NCBI GenBank assembly: GCA_951406725.2
Contig: OX597817.1
Span: 53,940,001-54,004,000, forward strand
Source: Octopus vulgaris
Taxonomy: Eukaryota
Direction of reading: 5' to 3'
Length of the DNA stretch: 64,000 bases
Part shown: positions 12,899 to 25,984 of the stretch, piece after piece
Numbering within the stretch: the first letter of the stretch is position 1
Layout: each line of letters starts with the position of its first letter
Translations under genes and position numbers: made by a program
Notes under the pieces: generated by a model
Database searches by the model: none
The model's input: the letters and a program-made list of their open reading frames with translations, nothing else
Told to the model about the DNA's origin: nothing

Positions 12899-13763
12899 AA
12901 AAAACCCTCCTTAAATGTATCATACCTCAGACTACAGTGAACACACACACACATATATAAAATGGTTGCTTTGTATGGTACACACACCATGTATATCCCA
13001 CAGTACACCACTGACAGGGAACCCATGAACACAATATATAACGTGTCCCAAAGAGCAAGATTTTAAGGTGAGCGAAGGACATTTCTTGGCGGCAACACAC
13101 ACCAAACAGTGTCATATGAAAATGATAAACTGTTATTAAAAGGACAGAAAAACAGCTGGATGAACCTGATGTAGGTCCAACAACTACCTAGCAACAACAT
13201 AAGCCCTCAGAAATTCCAGGTTGGTGTCCAGCATATTCGAAGACCACAAGGTATGAGACGTCTGTCCTTCATTTCCTGGGAATTTTTCGGTCTCTGGGAA
13301 CAATATTGTCATGGTTAATTTTCTTCTTCCTTGCAGTGACATATTTAATATCAACATAGACTCAAATCGATAAACAGGATTGATTCTCTCTGATGTCATT
13401 TGCTCAACAAAGACAAGTTCTGAACGAGTTCAGTTTGTCTTTTATTTCAATCGATTTGTGAAATCAGTCTTGTGGAACACACAGCTTGGACAGAGAAGTC
13501 ATTGCTTCTTGCGGAGTGCCGAGGAGTGAGCTGGTGGTTAGGGTGTTTAGTGCATGATCACAGAACCATGGGTTCACTTCCTGAACTGGGTGGTGGATTG
13601 TGTCCTTGAGCAAGGTACTTCATTCCACATTGATCCAATCTACTCCATAGTATGTGATAACCAGCTGGTTGCTGGGGCAGAATTCTCTCTCTCACTCTCT
13701 CTTTCTCTCTCTTGCTGCCTCTCGTTCTCTCTCTTGCTGCCTCTCTCTCTTTCTCCCTCTTGC

Positions 13764-13809
<46 letters not shown>

Positions 13810-13964
13810 GCAGTCACACACTGGATGTCCCACTGGATCAAGAGGGAAGAGGTCCAAGAGAGGGTTTATGCCTACCTAGAACTACAAAGGCCCTGAAAAC
13901 AATTAACAAAAGCATGGTACATGCTATCAAGCCATACTTGCAAGTGACAGCTGGCTGTACTGAG

Positions 13965-14064
13965 TAGTGGTGGTGGTATGGTGGCAGCGGTGGTAGTAGT
14001 AGTGGTGGTGGTGGCAGTAGTAGTAGTAGTAGTAGTGGTGGTGGTGGCGGTAGTAGTGGTGGCG

Positions 14065-14100
<36 letters not shown>

Positions 14101-14203
14101 ATGGTGGTGGTGGCGGTAGTAGTAGTAGTAGTGGTGGTGGTGGCAGTAGTAGTAGTAGTAGTGGCAGCAGCAGCAGCAGCAGTAGTAGCAGTAGTAGTAG
14201 TAG
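13965..14203. repeat. (GTA/GTG/GCA)n trinucleotide array
   Basis: Direct. Confidence 0.95.
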
Positions 14204-14420
14204 TCCTCATTCCTTCACATTGTGGATGAGTCTTAGCGTTATTTATAAAGAAGAGAACTGGTGAATTATTTTCTCTGGCTGGATTAGACTGCTACTTGTT
14301 CCATTAGCAACACAAAAGAAAGGGAGTCACAAAAAAATTTCTATGGATCTCTGGTTCTACAGTTCATTCCTCACCTGGTTTTCTATGCCAGCATGGATCG
14401 GATGAATACATGTAGCACTG

Positions 14421-14650
14421 GGTGAGCTGGCAGAAACGTTAGCACACCGGGCAAAATGCCTAGCGGTATTTCGTCAGCTGCTATGTTCTGAGTTCAAATT
14501 CCGCCAAGGTTGACTTTGCCTTTCATTCTTTCAGGGTCGATAAATTAAGTACCAGTTACGCACTGGGGTTGATGTAATCGACTTAATCCATTTGTCTGTC
14601 CTTGTTTGTCCACTCTATGTTCAGCCCCTTATGGTTAGTAAAGAAATAGG
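14421..14650 (+). mobile_element. SINE family A
   Basis: Homology. Confidence 0.88.
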
Positions 14651-15269
14651 TACTGGAGTCATGTAAAAAAGCATTGGTGAGGGTTCCACATAAAAAGCAC
14701 CGGTGATGGCACCATGTAAAAAGTGTTGGTGATGGTGCCATGTAAAAAAAAAAGGTACCGCTAAGCATTTCGTCCAGTGTGCTAATGATTCTGCCAGCTT
14801 GCCACCTTTATGAAACCAACAACATCTGAATATATATTACATTAGACATGGAGCATTGAGTGGATTGAACTTTCTGTTGCTCTACCAGTTTAAATCATTA
14901 ATTATATGGCTGGGAATTACTTTCTAATGAGTGCTAATTGCCTGCAGTATGTCTTCATTAAGTGACTGGACTTAAATCTGTTTATCAGACTATCTATTTG
15001 TGTTGGGAAGGCATTATAGATCACAGCATTTATACGGTGTAACTGTCCACAGGTCAAGCCTGGTATTTAGTAGGAGTTTATCTGCAGTTCAAGCCTGTCT
15101 TAAATTCCTGTGGATGGTATGATGAATAATTGAGCTAATTTAATCTTAAGCAACTGATGAAGGGTAGTATGGACAATAATTAGTCAACTGGAGTTTTAAT
15201 GGAAGGGTTTTAATTAGGTCAGCTGATTTAAGAAGTGACAAATCTAACTTATAACCCAATGGTTCATAT

Positions 15270-15726
15270 AACCAGGGTCGATGCCAGTAGAAAACACTAT
15301 CCGAACATGATCGATGCCAGGCCCACCTGACTGGCCCCTTTGCCAGTGGTGCATAAAAAGCATTATCCAAATGTGATCGATGCCAGGCCCACCTGACTGG
15401 CTCCTGTACTGGTGGCATGTAAAAAGCACCATTCGAATGTGGCCAATGCTAGTACCCACTGACTGGCTCCAGTGCTGGTGGCACGTAAAAAGCACCATCT
15501 GAACATGACCAATGCTAGGCCCACCTGACTGGCTCCTGTGCCAGTGGCACGTAAAAAGTACCCACCACACTCTCAGAATGGTTGGCATTAGGAAGGGCAT
15601 CCAGCTGTAGAAACACTGCCAGATCAGATTGGAGCCTGGTGCAGCCACTGGCTCTCCAGACCTCAATCAAACCATCCAACCGATGCAAGCATGGAAAATG
15701 GATGCTAAATGATGATGATAATGATG
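15270..15726 (+). mobile_element. SINE family D with four to five ~65-bp internal repeats
   Basis: Repeated CCCACCTGACTGGCTCCTGT...GTGGCACGTAAAAAG units, then the family D tail. Confidence 0.88.
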
Positions 15727-16604
15727 CAAGCAAAATAGCGAATTGGGGACCTACAGAAGTATATTTAAGGTCCATGAAAAATTTTTGCTTTAGATTTATT
15801 AACTGCTAGAAACATCCAAGTTTCTTTCTCTGACATTTTCCATAGTTAAACTTACACAAGTGAATGGGTGATAAACAAAATATGCATTTCAAAAGTAATA
15901 TCTATAAAACTAGTTTTTAAACGCTGAATGGCTATGGGGGTCCACAGATAAAAAATGGTTCAGAACCACTGACACAACCTATAGGTCACTGCCTCATAAT
16001 AACCTACAGGTGATTGAAGTCCTCTCATTCCTACTGTTATTGTTTTGTGTTATTTGGCCTTTCCGTAATTTGCTCATCATAGTTTGATTGTGTGTATAAG
16101 TGCACAATTATGGGCTTGAATGTGTATGTATTTTTGTATATATACATAACTGTGTGTGTGTGTGTGTGTGGAGAAGGTCACAAACCAGGTCTGGTCAGAG
16201 GGTTTAATGTGTTAGCTGAGTGATATGTAAATAAAACCAAGTTAATATCTGTGCAGGCATTTAACTAATACATACAAGCATCCATGTATGTTTCTTTGTA
16301 TGCATGCGTATGGATCTAAATGTGTGTGTGTGTAATGTTTCTTTACAAATTGGATATATGATACTATCAGAAGTTTTTTCTGATGATACAGTAATTGAAA
16401 CAACATGACCACTTTGTAAGGAAACATAGAAGAAATTCAATTTTGCTCTGTTATTAAAATTGAAATTAATTTTTAATTTGTGGGTTCCTTCAAGCATATA
16501 ATCAGATTTATCTTACACACACACAAGTGTGCATGCACAGTGGTGAAGTACGGGCTTTCAGTGCAAAGAATCTACAACAGTTATAAAGAAATGAATTGGC
16601 TTTA

Positions 16605-17195
16605 TCATCATCATTTGACATCTGTTGTCCATCCTGGAATGGGTTGGACGGTTTGACTGGGCTGGTAAGCTAGAAGGCTGCACCAGACTCCAGTCTGATT
16701 TGGCATGATATGGCTGGAAGTGCTTCCTAATGCCAACCACTCAGAGTGTAATGGGTGCTTTTACATGTCACTGGTGCCATTTGCATGACACCAAGTTGCA
16801 TTTATGTACCACCAGCACGGGTGCCAATTTGCATCACACCAGCATCTACCACAACTGCAATTTTGCTCAGCTTGATGGGTCTTCTTCTCAGGCATGACAT
16901 AATGCCAAAGGTCCTGGTCATTGCTTCCATTAGGCCCAACACTCAAAAGGAACTCAGCCACTTTGCTTCCGTGAGGCCCAATGTTCAGAAGATGAGTGTA
17001 GCATGAGGTGCTGGGAAAACCTGGTGCTCTGTGCAGACAGGACAAATCCTCCTCATCATCATCATCATTTAGAATCCAGTGTCCATGCTGGCATGGATTG
17101 GACAGTTTGACTGAGCTGGCACGCTGGAAGGCTGCACCAGGATCCAGTCTGATTTGGTATGGTTTTCTATGGCTGGATGCCCTTTCTAATGCCAA
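16605..17195 (-). mobile_element. Two family D tails (16605-16790, 17055-17195) with intervening repeat
   Basis: Reverse complement of the D tail, each ending in (ATC)n. Confidence 0.75.
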
Positions 17196-17289
17196 GTTGT
17201 TAAAGTGGTGGAGGTGGTGCTGGTGATGGTTGGGGGTGTATAATATATCAACATTTATACTTCTGGCTGGTTATAATATATTCCTCTTA

Positions 17290-18210
17290 TATAATACAAT
17301 CCTATATGTCTGAGATAAGGAATTTATATTGTGCTTACTATTTATATTAGACTGGTGTTGACATCTTGATTGTTGCTTTTTCACTACGTTTTGGCTGTTG
17401 TACATTCCAGCCTTCAGCAAGTGTCTCGTGTCAAACTCAGTTGTATTGGAATTTCAAACCTAACTCTTTGTTTGAGCCATGGGTGGGTACATGGTTCTCA
17501 TTCGACTATCTGTATTCTTCCCTAATATGCAGATTCTCAGGTCCCCAGTAAGTGCAATAGTGCGATGCCCTAGAGGTTTTGAATTCAATCCCATGCAAGG
17601 TAATTCATAAAAACTAACTGAAGCAAAAAATGTCACAAAACACAGAAAGCAGAATGAGAAGAATTTACCCTTGTGGATCAAAGACACAATTAGATTCAAA
17701 ATTCCATAATAATAAAAGGGCACCAACTGAGCGTGATCGTTACCAGCGTCACCTTACTGGCACTTGTGTCCGTACTAGTAGGGTGCCAAGAGCACCATCC
17801 AAGCGTGATCGTTGCCAGAGCAGCCAACTGGCACCTGTGCTGGTGGCATGTGTAAAAAGATTCGAGTAAAAAGATTCGAGTCATTGCCAGTACCGCCTGA
17901 CTGGGCCTGTCCCGGTGGCACATAAAAAGCACCCACTACACTCTCAGAGTGGTTGGCGTTAGGAAGGGCATCCAGCTGTAGAAACTCTGCAAGATCAAGA
18001 TTGGAGCCTGGTGCGGCCATCTGGTTCACCAGCCCTCGGTCAAAATCATCCAACCCATGCTGGCATGGAAAGCGGACATTAAACGATGATGATGATGAAT
18101 AACTAAGCTTAACACAAGACACCTGAAGATGGCTGGAGCATACAGCAGGTGAAATGTTGTGAAACCAACAATCAAGATGAGGACACTAGCCTGACTTACA
18201 TAAACACTAT
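17290..18210. mobile_element. Inverted pair of Penelope-like terminal repeats, right arm split by SINE D (17720-18098)
   Basis: Minus 17330-17560 aligns with plus 17630-17715 plus 18099-18210; each arm has a decayed HHR (cac.tg..ga.ggctg...cagc..gaaa.gt.gtg) followed by caacaatcaagatg. Confidence 0.65.
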
Positions 18211-18424
18211 CTTCTTATATACTCTTGAGAAACCACTCATTATTCATTAGTCTCTCATCCATCACTCTCACTCTCTCTTATTTTACTGTACCATACCACC
18301 AGTGTAGACAAGGGATGGTGCTGGGTATGTTTGTCTTCAAAATCACTCAGCATCCCCTCCCTTCATGACACCCACCAAGCAATGATGGTATTCAAACTGT
18401 CTTCCCCCAGTATTCCCCAAATAC

Positions 18425-18730
18425 AAGTTTCAAATTTTGGCGCAAGGCCAACAAATTTGGGGGAGGGGGTAAATTGATTATATTGACCCCGGAGCTCAAC
18501 CAGTACTCATTCTATTGACCCCAAAAGGATGAAAGGCAAAGTTGACCCATCGCTTGACAACCGATGCTGGTGTGTTTACATCCCCGTAACTTAGCTGTTC
18601 AGCAAAAGAGACCGATAGAACAAGTATTAGGTTTACAAAGAATAAGTCCTGGGGTCGTTTTGCTCGACTAAAGGCAGTGCTCCAGCATGGCTGCAGTCAA
18701 ATGACTGAAACAAGTCAAAGAGTAAAAAAG
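18425..18730. mobile_element. SINE A fragment (-) fused to SINE B 3' half (+)
   Basis: Homology. Confidence 0.8.
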
Positions 18731-18773
18731 GCAAATTTTAGCCCTTTCTCCGCAGACTGAAGGAAAGAATGAA

Positions 18774-18814
18774 CCTTAATCGATTTTCGAACCTTATTGG
18801 GTTCTCATCAGAGG
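18774..18814 (-). ncRNA. Canonical minimal type-I hammerhead ribozyme
   Basis: CCU CUGAUGA GAACC caauaa GGUUC GAA AAUCGAUU A AGG: intact core, 5-bp stem II, palindromic stem/loop III, UUA cleavage triplet, stem I CCU/AGG. Confidence 0.85.
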
Positions 18815-18951
18815 CGTCTACATCACTTTGACAGTCTCCAGAGAAACAAGCAGCCAAACTGTTTATATACTCAACAAATGCAGCAATTACTCTATGAAGG
18901 AGTCCCTAATTTGCATACTGAAAGTGTTTAACACTCTATAAATACCAGTGG

Positions 18952-18989
<38 letters not shown>

Positions 18990-19769
18990 ATTTACCATGT
19001 GAACTATGATGAAAAATATATGAGAAAGATATGGGATATTATTTTTTTGTGCAGGGGTTCCTTGAGACATGTAATTTATTTTAAGGGTTGCACAAGGGTA
19101 AACTGGGTTAGACCAATGTGCTAACAATTCAACCAGCTCATCGCTTTTAATATTCTTCAAATATGACCCTTCTCTGCTGCTAGCCAATGGTCCCTCCACC
19201 TCATATCATTCACCATTTTCACCATTGCCCATCTCTATTACTACTCATCATTTGATCACTCTCTTCCCATCAATTGTCTTCACTAATATTCTTCAAACTT
19301 TAACTCTCCCTCTCTCACACACATGACTCTCTCCCCCACTCCAGACACTACCCTCCTTCACTGCCATTCCTTCTTCCTTCCGGCAGTCTACCCGCCCCTC
19401 AGCATTTCTCCTTCTCTCACTAATATGTCCCCACTTTCAGCTTGTCAATGCTTATCTTTGAGTCTGTTTCTTAAACAGTTTCATATTTCTATGGTTAGGA
19501 GGGATACAGTGCTTATCTATTAAACATAGGATGGTTTTGAGCTATGTTAGACTTAGCAAATCATTGAGGTGTAAACCAAATGATATTATGGTGCCATTTT
19601 AATTTTAAAGGTTGGGTGTAGGCAAATTTATTTTTGAACCACTCCCTTCTGCAGCATTATTATAGCAAGGAGTTGCTCCATCAAAGATCTCTTTACTTGA
19701 GGACAAATGCAGGATGCTTCCACTTATGTTGTTGACTAGGATTTTGAATACTATAAAAACGATTTTTTT

Positions 19770-19998
19770 GTGGCTGTTGCCAGTACTGCCTGACTGACCC
19801 TCGTGCCGGTGGCACATAAAAGCACCCACTACACCCTCGGTGTGGTTAGTGCTAGGAAAGGCATCCAGCTCTAGAAACTCTGCCAGATCAAGAATTGGAG
19901 CCTGGTGCAGCCATCTGGTTCGCCAGTCCTCAGTCAAATCGTCCAACCCATGGAAAGCAGACGTTAAACGATGACGATGATGATGATGATGATGATGA
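19770..19998 (+). mobile_element. SINE family D
   Basis: Homology, (GAT)n tail. Confidence 0.85.
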
Positions 19999-20266
19999 GG
20001 TGACTGGTATGAATCTATGCTAGCTTTAGGTGAGCTTTTCATCTAATTTTTTAAAGAGTTTGTATGAGCTAATGTTTAAATTTATAATAGAGATGCCTGA
20101 GAAATTAACAAACATTAAGTTTGTTGCTATAGTGATTTTGAAAACCAAAACAGTGTTTGAATATTATTCTTCACTAGTTTGCTTAAAGTATTCTCTTTTA
20201 CAGTTTTAGAGCTAGCTAACCTGTCATCTCTATAGAAGCCAAAATCTACAGAGTGAAACTTTATAC

Positions 20267-20396
20267 TTAACCTTAAGCATGCTGAAGGAGCATCATGTTG
20301 CCATATGAGTTTTCTCCCCTCTCAATGTGACACAATGTGCCTGTAGCTACAGGGGAGAAAACTCTACATAATGTGCCCAAGCATACTAAAGGTTAA
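20267..20396. mobile_element. 130-bp TTAA MITE
   Basis: TTAACCTTAAGCATGCT...AGCATACTAAAGGTTAA termini plus internal IR GAGTTTTCTCCCCT/AGGGGAGAAAACTC. Confidence 0.75.
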
Positions 20397-20814
20397 GGTA
20401 TCCAAGACATACAATAATCCTAAATGAATACATGTGTCAGTACTATTAGACAACCCTATGCTTATATCCAAGCAGAATTTGTGTCAAGAAGTCTCTCAAG
20501 TACTTATGAATTCTAGAAATAATTGTCTCTAATGTAAAATTCTACTAAAATCTATTGCCTTAATTAATAATTTTCAAGAGAAGTGACTTATGAAACTTCG
20601 CAGTGTCAAATTGGTTGACATTGTTCTTATTGCTAATTTCATTGAATCATGTGACCAAGACATGTTAACCTTTTCGGCCCAGCTGGTACATAATTGTACC
20701 AGACAAAAATTTTACAAACCAAATCTTTAAAATTCTCATTCTATACGATGCAGTATAGTACCACTCTGGTTTTTCTGTAGTGCCAGGTGTATGATTGGAG
20801 TGCATGATACTATA

Positions 20815-21032
20815 ATCCTTTCTACTTTGGACACCAGGCCTGAAATTTGGTGGGGAGGGGACTAGTCAATTAGATCGACCCCAGTGTTTCACTGGTACTT
20901 AATTTATCAACTCTCCAAAGGATGAAACGCAAAGTCGACCTTGGCGGAATTTGAACTCAGAATGTAGTGGTAGACAAAATGCCTCTAAGCCTTTCACCTG
21001 GTGTGCTAACGATTCTGCCAACTCGCTGCCTT
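20815..21032 (-). mobile_element. SINE family A
   Basis: Homology. Confidence 0.85.
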
Positions 21033-21129
21033 TACATATATATACATACAAATGTGTGCATGCACACGCACACACACATATACACACATACATATATATG
21101 TATATATATATATATGTGTGTGTGTGTGT

Positions 21130-21160
21130 ACTAGCAGAGATACCCGGCGTTGCTTGGGAT
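21130..21160 (-). mobile_element. Helitron-like 3' terminus
   Basis: Minus CCCAAGCAACGCCGGGTATCTCTGCTAGT: GC-rich subterminal motif plus CTAG end. Confidence 0.45.
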
Positions 21161-21174
21161 TACAACAGCATAGT

Positions 21175-21613
21175 TTCTTATTGTTTTATTTGTTTCAGTC
21201 ATATGACTGCAGCCATGCTGGAGTAATGCCTTTAGTTGAACAAATTGAGCCCAGGATTCATTCTTTGTAAGCCTAGAACCTTATTCTATCGGCGTGTTTT
21301 GCTGAACCACTAAGTTACAGGAATGTAAACACAACAACATTGGTTGTCAACTGATGGTGGGGGTACAAACACAGACACACAAATATACACATATATATGA
21401 CAGTCTTCTTTCAGTTTCCGTGTATGAAATCCACTCACAAGGCATTGTTCAGTCAGAGGCTATAGTACACACACACACACATATATATATATGGTTCCAG
21501 GTTCAGTCCCACTGTGTAGCACCTTGGGCAAGTGTCTTCTACTATATATAGCCTCAGGCCAACCAAAGCCTTGTGATTGGAATTTGATAGACAGAAACTG
21601 AAAGAAACCCGTC

Positions 21614-21646
<33 letters not shown>

Positions 21647-21881
21647 TAGATAGATAGATAGATATAGATGTCGTTGCCAGTACCCACTGACTGGCCCCAT
21701 GCCGATGGCACGTAAAAGCACCCACTACACTCTCTAAGTGGTTGGCATTAGGAAGGGCATCCAGCTGTAGAAAATCTGCCAGATCAAGATTGAAGCCTGG
21801 TGCAGCCATCTGGTTCGCCAGACCTCAGTCATTCGTCCAACCCATGCTAGCATGGAAAGCAGATGTTAAACGATGATGATA

Positions 21882-21912
<31 letters not shown>

Positions 21913-22128
21913 TGTATGTGTGTATATATTTGTGTCCCCACCCCAACATCGCTTGACAACTAATGCTGGTGTGGTTATGTCCCTGTTACTTAGCATTTCG
22001 GCAAAAGAAGCCCATAGAATAAGTACTAGGCTTACAAAGAATAAGTCCTGGGGTCGATTTGTTCGACCGAAGGCGGTGCTCCAGCATGGCCGCAGTCAAA
22101 TGACTGAAACAAGTAAAAGAATAAATAT
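21175..22128. mobile_element. SINE cluster: B (-), then B (+) split by D (21669-21880)
   Basis: D sits inside the internal microsatellite of the plus-strand B copy. Confidence 0.8.
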
Positions 22129-22284
22129 AAATAAAGTGGAAGTATACAAAAATAAACATTATTTTCTCATCTCACTGACAAGTTTTGAAAAGTGAAAATT
22201 TATTTTTATGGTTTATTATTGTTTTTATATTTCGAATTACACATATATGTGTAATATATATATATATATATATATTCTTTTCGT

Positions 22285-22491
22285 TTTTTTCTTTTATTTG
22301 TTTCAGTCATTTGACTGTGGCCATGCTGGAGCACCGCCTTTAGTCGAGCAAATTGACCTCAGGACTTATACTTTGTAAGCCTAGTACTTATTCTATCGGT
22401 TCCTTTTTGCCGAACCGCTAAGTTTTGGGGACGTAAACACATCAACATCGGTTGTCAAGACATGTTGGGGAGACAAACACACACACACACA

Positions 22492-22541
<50 letters not shown>

Positions 22542-22564
22542 TATATATATATACACATACATAC

Positions 22565-22595
<31 letters not shown>

Positions 22596-22745
22596 TGTAT
22601 GTATGTATGTATATATGTATGTATACGACGGGTTTCTTTCAGTTTCCGTCTACCAAATCCACTCACAAGGATTTGGTCGGCCCGAGGCTATAGTAGAAGA
22701 CACTTGCCCAAGGTGTCACGCAGAGGGACTGAACCCGGAACCACG
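22285..22745 (-). mobile_element. SINE family B, head truncated
   Basis: Homology; expanded internal microsatellite. Confidence 0.88.
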
Positions 22746-23230
22746 GGGACAGCAAAATCTTTTAAGTACTTAGGACCTCTAAGGGTCTTGATCAGGTCCT
22801 GCCAAGTGGGGTCTCACCGATTCTAAATCAAATACTGTATGTGCATGTGTGTCTGTGTTTGTAAATGCCTGTATTACTATACAAACGGTCGTTTTTTGCA
22901 TGATATATACGTATGTGTGTCTGTGTGTGCAAATTACTATATGTATATATATCCTATGTAAATAGGATATATACAATGTGTGCATATATACATATATATA
23001 TACAATAGATAAACGGTTAGGCTGCAGCACATCTGAGTTATATTAAAACGTAAATACAGTTAACACAGGGAGATGTGTGTTTACTCTTGACTCTCATTCG
23101 CTTTCTGCCTTCACTTGCATTCAAAATGTTGGAAGACATATCTTAACACATGTATAAATACATGCACATATACACACATATATACACACTCAACGTATAC
23201 CCAAAACAGCCTACATACATACATACATAC

Positions 23231-23586
23231 AGCCAATTTCGTCTAAAGTGTAGAAGGAAGCTACAGATTCGATCCAAGTTATTCGTTTCTATAGAGATAT
23301 AGTTGTCAGTATGTGAAATCTAAATGGTCCGTCTTGAAAGTATTAAGAAAGCTCAATATGATGATGATGATGATGGCGGTGGCGGTGAAGGTAGTGCTTG
23401 TTGGGGACGGCGGCGGTGTTGCTACTGCTGGGTCTAATGATGATGGTGGTGATGGTGGTGGCGGTGACAATGAAGATAGTGGTATGTTGTTTTTGACATC
23501 GTTTGAAAGTCGGGCACCAACGCTTCTTCTGGCGCCCTACCAAATTTTCACAGTAGTAATGGTTTACTACAGAACGGGTATCATCT
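23231..23586 (-). other. Candidate non-coding (5'-UTR) exon
   Basis: Unique sequence between microsatellites; acceptor gtcttcgtAG, donor CT|GTATGT (donor overlaps a microsatellite edge); only short ORFs inside. Confidence 0.3.
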
Positions 23587-24112
23587 CTACGAAGACATAT
23601 AAACACACACACACACACACACACAAAGACAAAAATAGAAGCACGCATGTGCACATACATAAACACAATCACTAGAAGGGCTGCCTTTAAGTGCAGTTTG
23701 ATCTGCTAGAAATAGCAACGAAGTCTACTGCCTAATTCCAATTCATCGTTTTAAAAAGATGTATTTAAGAGGACAGGATAATATAATATTATATAATCCA
23801 GGATATAAGAACAAACATATGATCAAAAATGGATTATCTTTGATCATGTGTCTGTTTAATCAGACTTGCTCTGGGGATAAACAACATTATTATGCAAGTG
23901 TATATTTATATATATATATATATATACACACACATATGCATATATGTTTGTGAGTATATGTGTGTATATATATATATATATGCATATATATATACATACA
24001 TATATATACATGCATACATACATATATATACATGCATACATACATATATACATGCATACATACATATATACATGCATACATATATATATATACATGCATA
24101 GATATATATACA

Positions 24113-24173
<61 letters not shown>

Positions 24174-24263
24174 CAAATGAGGTTTTCTGTCAACGATTAC
24201 CTGCAGCTCTCTCCACACACCATCCTCCCTCTCTCTATTTTTATACACAGAAACATGCATGTC

Positions 24264-24307
<44 letters not shown>

Positions 24308-24452
24308 CACACGTTTATGTATATATGTATATATGTAACAATAAATATATAAGCAAATGAATAAACACATATATACACATGTATACACAAACATATATAA
24401 ACATATGTATACACATCACATATGTACGTTTCAAACATCCTGGGTCAGTGTA

Positions 24453-24544
<92 letters not shown>

Positions 24545-25378
24545 AATCTATCTATCTATCAATCTATCTATCTATCTGCCTGTCTGTCTGTCTGTCTATA
24601 TATCTATCTATCTATCTGTGTGGATTTGAAATACAAAGTACTACAAGGTGCGTGATACATGCACCAAAAAGGACGCCGCTTCATAATCGCCCGGGCTGCT
24701 AGAAATAGCTGTTAAATATCCTTTAAAATCATACCCTGCTTTTAGTTCTAGGTACTCCCAAAGAACGGATGGTCATACTCGGAATGTCTTTGATCCCAAG
24801 TTCGATAGCACAGCCTTGACCTGGCGCTGACATAATACAGACAGAAATAGCCAGACACAAATACACATCTATATACACACTCACACATAATACATACATT
24901 ATATATACATACATACATTATATATATGTATACATAACACTCAGGCAGTTTATTATACAGTTGAGCTTATTGTGTTTCTAGTTTATATTGTTGAAGTAAC
25001 AAAGAATAATAACTATATTGCATTGACAACGCATTTCTCTTGTTTGTAAACATCATATACATATATATATATATATATATACATACACACACACACAGAA
25101 ATGGAGGGAGAAGTTATCAGATGTATCGATATACAGATAGCAAATCAAACATATCGGTTGATACAGAGATAAACATATAGATATAAAGATAGATACAGGA
25201 TATCGATACAAAGATAGGTTATCAGTCATTTCCATATATATATAATATATATATATACATACACACACAGAGTATATAAGGGTATTAAATAAATAGGTAC
25301 ACAAATATATGCTTAGATACATGGTTAATTATTGCGATCTGTGAAAAATGGTTCGAGGAATTGCTGTTCGTAACTTAC

Positions 25379-25584
25379 TTGCTTCCCTCAAAGATACAAC
25401 GATATGAAGACATTGGTCAGAAATATGTAATCCTTGCATGTAGATCTCTCTTTGAATTCCTCGTTTCGTCTCGCCTCTACACACGTCTCCCTTTCGCATC
25501 GTTTATACACACTTGACAGCAGGGGTGTTGGTCTCTACACTCTCTCACACACGCACAGCCACATATACACTCACTATACAAAAT
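25379..25584 (-). other. Candidate non-coding (5'-UTR) exon
   Basis: Acceptor tttgtAG, consensus donor AA|GTAAGT, CpG-retaining unique sequence. Confidence 0.4.
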
Positions 25585-25598
25585 CTACAAACTCATAC

Positions 25599-25660
<62 letters not shown>

Positions 25661-25945
25661 GTATATGTATATGTATGTATATAGCGACTGTGTTGAGTAC
25701 TTGTGAGTGTATATACAACTAAACGGTGCCCATGTTTAAAAAACCGTGTAGGTGCTTTCACATTATAAACGACTATTGCTCCAGTGAGTGTATATATTTA
25801 GACATAGCTACGTATGTGTATTTATATATATATGTATATATATAAATGTGTGTGAATGAATAAGTCGCTGTGCGATGTAACTGGTATGTGTGGTCTAGAT
25901 GTATGTGTGTGTGTGTGTGCGTGCATTAGTAAAGAAGCGTGTGCT

Positions 25946-25984
<39 letters not shown>

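Noticed and set aside
13040-13400. Plus-strand exon/86-nt intron (AG|GTATGA...TTGCAG)
   Set aside because: Stops in flanking frames; region more likely a decayed LINE remnant (DISWRQH)
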